From: Podarcis erhardii
Lineage: Eukaryota
Reading direction: 5' to 3' (one strand)
Length of the DNA stretch: 64,000 nt
NCBI GenBank assembly: GCA_964252035.1
Contig: OZ176207.1
The position numbers were made by a program, and so were the translations under genes. The notes beneath the pieces were generated by a model. The model saw nothing but the letters and a program-made list of their open reading frames with translations. It was not told the DNA's origin and made no database searches. Of this stretch, positions 59,501 to 64,000 are shown in pieces (position 1 is the first letter of the stretch; each line of letters opens with the position of its first letter).

Positions 59501-62500
59501 ATCACTGAAAATTTGGTAACATTCCATAAAAATGAGAAATTATCATTAGAATATCAACATACCTCAGTGTACACTATAGCTGTCATCCAAAAACGTTTGC
59601 TAGGCCTCGGGACGGAAAGCATGGCCCAAAGGAATATAAGAATAGGAAGCACAAGGGTAATCATGGAGGCCGAGATCATGTGATTAAGAATAATTACAAA
59701 AAAACACACCATTTCTGAACGAGCCACAAGGGTATTATACAAAGCATAAATTAGCAGCAAAAAACGAGGCTGAGTAGAGTAGAATTTTTCTGATTCATCC
59801 AGTTCCTCATCTTGAAACATTCTGTGGGGACAAAGTTAGATCACATAACTTGATGTGCCAATATTTTAAATACTGCAGAATAATCTGTAAGTAACAACAA
59901 ATAATATATTTCTACTTAACAAAGAACCATGCAAACAAGTTTCCAATACCCAGCTTTAGATGTTTTTCTTTACCAGCCACACGAGAGATGTGAGGAACCT
60001 CAGGCCTGGGAGGCTGAATGCAGCCCTCCAATGGAGCCCCTGTATTTGGCCCTCAGAGATTTCATAAGGCCAGACACCTCATGAGCCCTGCTTTGCAACT
60101 GAAGTGCAGGCTATCAAAAGTCAGGCATAGAGTTTCATTAACCACACATTTATTTCAAAAGAAGGTGTTATTTCTCATTGGGGTGGGAATGTCACCCAAA
60201 TATTTTGAGAAATCAGGTTCAGAATTCAGGCCTTTTCCAAAGTTAGAATATTTGCATATAAAGAGTTTCAAATCAGTTTTTTTTCTTTAAAATGCAATCT
60301 GTTTCTTGGGTCAGGTAGGTAACCGTGTTGGTCTGACGCAGTTGAAATAAATAAAAAATTGTCCAGTAGCACGTTAGAGACCAACTAAGTTTGTTCTGGG
60401 TATAAGCTTTCGTGTGCATGCACACTTCTTCAGATATTATTTTGACTGTGTTTCTTGGGGTGCGTACTTGTCATAGAATGTCATAATTAGCCGCAATTTC
60501 CCATCAGGTATACACCATAAGCACATATGGTGAAACACATGTGTGGCCGTCACTGTGCCTTTCATTTAACAATTTTGCGATGTGCAAATGACCACCCCCC
60601 CAGTAAATAATTCTAACGAAGTTATTGATCAATGTTCATGGTATGCAAAATCATTGCACCCCGTTGCAAATCAGTCTAATTCTGTCTTACATTCGTGAAA
60701 AGTAAAGGAAATGTTATCAAAAGTTTCTTCATCTGAAAGCACATGACATAGTTCTATTTTTGAAGGTAAGCAGGTCTAGCCATGGCCAGTGCCCAAGTGA
60801 GAGACTACTGAATACCACATCCCTGCTACTGTAATCTCCTGAAAGGAAGGCCAGGGTACAAGTGCCATAAACTGAATTCATCACATGAAGCAGCACAAAA
60901 CTAATGTAATCAGAATGATCTGGTGATCAGTGAATTTACTACAATTCACTTAAATAACTTGAGCATCATTACAATATAATTTTTTTGTAACATAATGAAT
61001 TCATATTATTTTACATGCCTGTGAGGAAATTATTTTATGATTCTTACTTGTTTAGAAGTAGTTCACTTGCAGTAAGCTCATGTGTCAAAGGAGGAAGTAT
61101 AGAATCTTCTGGTTTGTCAGACTGATTTTCATCTGGGCTCACCATCATATGGTTTTTGACAGAGGAACCATCTTGGGAACTATCTAAGGGGAAAAGCTCC
61201 AAGCTCACAGCTTTGCTGTAGGAAGGAGGGGGTTCAGCAATGCCATCCAAACCAGAATAGGATGGTATATCTGTATCAGAAGTATATGCAGCTCCTTCAG
61301 AATCTATGCAATAAACTTCCATGTCATGCTCCTGCCTTGATGCAGCATCTACCCCCTCTTCTTCTTCTTCTTCTTCTCCTCCTTCTTCGTGCTCCTCCCC
61401 TTCAACTTCTTCAATAGTTTCTGCTGTCCCCTGACGAGAATACAGCATGGTGATTTGGGTAGCCTCACTGTCAAGAACAGGGGGAACAATATTATTTTGT
61501 CAATTTCTTATTTCACAAATGAAACACTGATGTGTTCAAGGTATGCTCTGTGCTAAATTTCAATGTTAAGCCAGTGAAGACAAACTCAACCACAGTTAAA
61601 AGACTGGGAACAGGCCATGGCGTTATGTGTCATATCCTCCCCATCTTTTCTCCTCTTAAGAATTAATTGCCTCTTTCTGCCTTACCTATGGTTTTGGATT
61701 TTTGTGTGTGTGGTATTTTTTGGCCAGCAATGATATTAGCTGCTGTGGCTAAAGCTAACCAGGATTCTATCTGAACCAGGAGCTGAAGGCAGTATTCTAA
61801 GCTCTCAGCTAAAATGAACGGATCAATAAATAGGTATCTAATTTAGAAACTTGAGACCAAAAGTATAAGGATCAAATGGGGGCTATTAAAAAGACAGAAA
61901 GCCCCCCCCCATTAGAAATATTGGTATGAGCCTAAACAAGACAAATATGCTTCTATTAAGTACTCATGCACACCTACATATACAAAACACACACAAAACA
62001 CACCTGCGCTGGCAAAATCCACAGTGCCAAAATTTACAATGGTCAGGGTAAATGAATGAACAAAGCATGCATGGGTTAAGCACCTTGACACCATACTGCC
62101 ACTGTCAGCAGATGAGGAGGACATATCCATGCTGTACATTTTACGAAGCCTAGGACGCGCACGCTCACTTGTTTTAGGAATAGGGTCTGGTCCATCTAAA
62201 TCATCAAGGGTTGACTGCCTTGACAACAACAGTGTGGTTGCTTCAGTGCAGCAGCTAGCAGTGCAAACAGTTACAAAAACAGTGTTATATACCAACAGCA
62301 TCTTGAAGTGGTCCAATAGTAACCATGCAGGCTAGCCATGCAGTATACAGAGACACATAGACAAGGTTTTGAGTGGAGATTCTGAGATACCAGTATGCAC
62401 TGGTTTTTATTCAAAACAAAGTTTTTGATAGTCACACAGAATCAATAGTAGTTAAATGGGAAACCATGGTGTGAAGGCATAGGGCTTTCAGCCATTTTGT

Positions 62501-64000
62501 CACACAGTTACAGCTTACAGCCTGCAAAATCACATAGAGTGGCTCAGGTTGCAATCCTAAATTCATTTGCTAGGGAGTATCTCAGAGGAACAACTGAGTT
62601 TGAAACAGATTTATACCCAGAATTTTAGGGTCACAACCCTACGAAACTTTGCTGGAATTTCTTGCGTCTAACTGGCTTGTGTACTATTATTTTTAAAGAA
62701 GCTCGGCTAATTATATGAAAATTGGAATAAATATGTATATTATATGTATAATATGTATAATAGCCCAATGTAGTTCAGCATTTCTGCAACGTAATTGTAT
62801 AAATATTTTTATGCAGTTATATGCATTGTTGTATATAACTGGAAATGTAATGGCCACTTCAGGAAACCTGGAGTATATATGCATATTTTATGTTCCAGCA
62901 CATATGAGGATTGTTCTTATCTTTAGCAGAACATGCTTCTTGTCAAGATTCAACGTGTGAGATGGGAATTAGAAAAAATCCATACGCATAAGCCAATCAC
63001 TAACTCAAGAGAAATGTGCTTGTGAGTAAACCTGCTTAGGACTGCACTGTCAGACTCTCAAATGCTTCTTGGACACAATGGGTATTGGGTGTTGTAACTT
63101 TAGGAAAGGTCTGCCTTTTGTCTGACAGACTAGACAGTTTCCGTTTGGTAAAGATGGCTGTTTTGGCACTCTTTTGTTATTATAACTAGGAGGCAAACTT
63201 CTTCCCACAAGATCTACAAGATCTGTTATTTATTAATCAATCAATCCGCTTTCAGAGAAATCCAGACTGTATAGGTTAGTACACAAATGTTAATTTTATT
63301 CATTAAACAAAATGCAAGCCTTTTTACTTTTACTTAAAAAGTTTTCTTATTTTCAAAATATGTAAACCAATGTGCAGCTTCTTACTATATGTATGATATC
63401 TGGAAAACCCCTGGAGTGGCAGTCAACTATGTTTTACTCAGAGCAGACCCAGTGAAATTAATAAACATGACAAAGTTAGGTCCCTTAATTTCAATGGGTC
63501 TACTCTTAAAAAAATGTGGATGATGTGCAACAGTTTTTCTGCTTTCATAAATCTTAAACATGAGGAAAACAAATAGCTCAAACAGAGGTGCTGCTTATAC
63601 TACCCTTGTCACATATTATCACCCATAGAAGATACGTTACTTGTGGCCTCCCACTAGGTCAGACTTCTTTTAGAAAAACAGGACTTCTTCTTTCTCTCCT
63701 CTCTACCCACCATGCCATCTCTGTGCTCTTCCAAAATCTGGTCGGACTGTCTGGCGCAGACTTGGGAATGGGGTGGGAGGCACAGAAGAATAGGAAATCC
63801 ATTGGCCCTCCATCTGAATAATGTTGGATATCATCCTATATGCATTGGTTGAATTACTGCTTATTTTAAACAAAATACCTGGATTCGCTGTCACGAGATA
63901 CTGCCGATTCTAGACTTTCTGTCCTCTCAGCCTGTCCAGGTTCATAAATTTCATCCAATCCTGATTCCCTAGAAAGTTTCATTATATGGTTCTGATAATA
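45491..64000 (-). CDS. PIEZO2: PIEZO2 mechanosensitive ion channel, 3' 18 coding exons (partial, continues beyond window); 1094 aa + stop
   Basis: spliced translation from [16 protein letters not shown] through anchor, outer helix, cap and inner helix to ...[20 protein letters not shown]; C-terminus diagnostic of PIEZO2; all introns GT-AG and phase-compatible. Confidence 0.98.
46187..47323. mobile_element. Non-autonomous hAT-like element, GC-rich, in the last PIEZO2 intron
   Basis: starts TAGGGCTGGGCAATAT, ends in degenerate complement atattgatgcccagtgct; no clear TSD. Confidence 0.5.
47526..47694 (-). CDS. PIEZO2: PIEZO2 exon (169 nt, cap C-terminal part)
   Basis: [23 protein letters not shown]...[21 protein letters not shown]. 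Confidence 0.97.
47895..47974 (-). CDS. PIEZO2: PIEZO2 exon (80 nt)
   Basis: [26 protein letters not shown]. Confidence 0.95.
48120..48294. mobile_element. hAT-type MITE
   Basis: 16-bp TIR CAGAGCTTTCCAAACT; 8-bp TSD TTCTAATG / TTTTAATG (7/8). Confidence 0.85.
48806..48925 (-). CDS. PIEZO2: PIEZO2 exon (120 nt)
   Basis: [39 protein letters not shown]. Confidence 0.94.
49420..49780 (-). mobile_element. L2 LINE 3' end
   Basis: (AAT)n tail, cgcccatctggctgggtttcccagcc stem-loop, same family as 40357-41087. Confidence 0.88.
50138..50305. mobile_element. Short Penelope-like element relic, copy 2 (PIEZO2 intron)
   Basis: 13-bp TSD AATAACACTATAT (50125-50137, 50306-50318); 34-bp inverted arms 50170-50203 / 50272-50305; near-identical to copy 1. 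Confidence 0.75.
50207..50244 (+). ncRNA. Minimal type I hammerhead ribozyme motif, copy 2 (antisense to PIEZO2)
   Basis: GUAU-CUGAAGA-A-GUGUGCAUGCACAC-GAA-AGCU-C-AUAC, identical to copy 1. Confidence 0.7.
50338..50510 (-). CDS. PIEZO2: PIEZO2 exon (173 nt)
   Basis: [57 protein letters not shown]. Confidence 0.97.
51083..51175 (-). CDS. PIEZO2: PIEZO2 exon (93 nt)
   Basis: [31 protein letters not shown]. Confidence 0.97.
51621..51809 (-). CDS. PIEZO2: PIEZO2 exon (189 nt, outer helix)
   Basis: [63 protein letters not shown]. Confidence 0.98.
53298..54650 (-). mobile_element. Old CR1 3' region, interrupted by the L1 fragment and by an opposite-strand CR1 tail (about 54235-54490)
   Basis: aagaacataaga / ggatcaaaccaaaggcccatctagtcc tail on - strand; tgaagaagtacttt and cagaactgtgcagag CR1-like blocks; ggccattggcctgatccagcaggctc tail on + strand. 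Confidence 0.65.
53320..53801 (+). mobile_element. L1/Tx1-type LINE 3' fragment nested in a CR1 tail
   Basis: 11-bp TSD GATCCCTATTG (53309-53319, 53802-53812); open frame 53348-53497 [20 protein letters not shown]...[11 protein letters not shown] resembles squamate L1 ORF2 C-terminus. Confidence 0.7.
54762..54909 (-). CDS. PIEZO2: PIEZO2 exon (148 nt, anchor)
   Basis: [49 protein letters not shown]. Confidence 0.98.
55026..55245 (-). mobile_element. Rex1/Babar-type LINE 3' end with (TATGTAGTTT)n tail
   Basis: minus-strand [17 protein letters not shown] then (frameshift) SRLRNSF; about 5 copies of a 10-11 bp unit at 55026-55086. Confidence 0.7.
55560..55718 (-). CDS. PIEZO2: PIEZO2 exon (159 nt)
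   Basis: [52 protein letters not shown]. Confidence 0.98.
55864..56078 (-). CDS. PIEZO2: PIEZO2 exon (215 nt)
   Basis: [44 protein letters not shown]...FILPGVTE. Confidence 0.98.
56183..56330 (-). CDS. PIEZO2: PIEZO2 exon (148 nt)
   Basis: [49 protein letters not shown]. Confidence 0.97.
56508..56787 (-). mobile_element. L2 LINE 3' end with (ATTT)n tail (56508-56561)
   Basis: ataccccgcccatctggctgggcttccccagcc stem-loop; [11 protein letters not shown] frame on - strand. Confidence 0.9.
57403..57535 (-). CDS. PIEZO2: PIEZO2 exon (133 nt)
   Basis: [43 protein letters not shown]. Confidence 0.96.
58369..58618 (-). CDS. PIEZO2: PIEZO2 exon (250 nt)
   Basis: CHGLWDEDD...[23 protein letters not shown]...[11 protein letters not shown]. 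Confidence 0.97.
59256..59438 (-). CDS. PIEZO2: PIEZO2 exon (183 nt)
   Basis: [61 protein letters not shown]. Confidence 0.98.
59563..59821 (-). CDS. PIEZO2: PIEZO2 exon (259 nt)
   Basis: [39 protein letters not shown]...[17 protein letters not shown]. Confidence 0.98.
60311..60448. mobile_element. Short Penelope-like element relic, copy 3 (diverged subfamily, PIEZO2 intron)
   Basis: 11-bp TSD TGTTTCTTGGG (60300-60310, 60449-60459); same terminal caggtagg..ccgtgttggtctg and core as copies 1-2; short inverted piece ttattttgactg at the right end. Confidence 0.7.
60400..60437 (-). ncRNA. Minimal type I hammerhead motif, copy 3 (sense to PIEZO2; CUU triplet, stem I mismatch)
   Basis: AUAU-CUGAAGA-A-GUGUGCAUGCACAC-GAA-AGCU-U-AUAC. 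Confidence 0.55.
61048..61467 (-). CDS. PIEZO2: PIEZO2 exon (420 nt, acidic intracellular loop)
   Basis: [22 protein letters not shown]...[11 protein letters not shown]...[18 protein letters not shown]. Confidence 0.97.
62084..62254 (-). CDS. PIEZO2: PIEZO2 cassette-like exon (171 nt, phase 2-2)
   Basis: [56 protein letters not shown]; weak donor AG/gtgctt; skipping keeps the frame. Confidence 0.92.
63879..64000 (-). CDS. PIEZO2: PIEZO2 exon, 5' part outside the window
   Basis: [40 protein letters not shown] + AG/gtattt. Confidence 0.94.

Noticed and set aside
63640-63770. Purine-rich exon-like stretch on - strand with a donor CAA/GTAACG
   Set aside because: All three frames hit stops before the donor and no PIEZO2-like peptide is recognisable; a poison exon cannot be excluded without RNA-seq

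Overview
This is vertebrate genomic DNA from a squamate, most likely a lacertid lizard (inferred from Sauria/Squam1-type SINEs with ACCTTT tails and reptile L2/CR1/L1 fragments). It holds two convergent protein-coding genes. NAPG (gamma-SNAP) is complete on the + strand: 12 coding exons, 16475-26320, 945 nt = 314 aa + stop, CpG-island promoter, and a U12-type intron 3 followed by an 18-nt micro-exon. The 3' part of PIEZO2 is on the - strand: 18 coding exons from the window edge (64000) to the stop at 45491, 3285 nt = 1094 aa + stop, all exon phases compatible. It includes a frame-preserving 171-nt cassette-like exon flanked by four TGCATG (RBFOX) motifs. The rest is intronic or intergenic DNA with many transposon relics, several of them nested: Tc1/mariner and hAT MITEs, SINEs, and L2, CR1, L1 and Rex1/Babar 3' ends. 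The most unusual signal is three copies of a short, TSD-flanked, inverted-repeat element (probably Penelope-like), each carrying a 38-nt minimal type I hammerhead ribozyme fold with palindromic helices II and III; two copies lie in PIEZO2 introns. All coordinates were read by eye, and family names come from recalled consensus features, not database searches.
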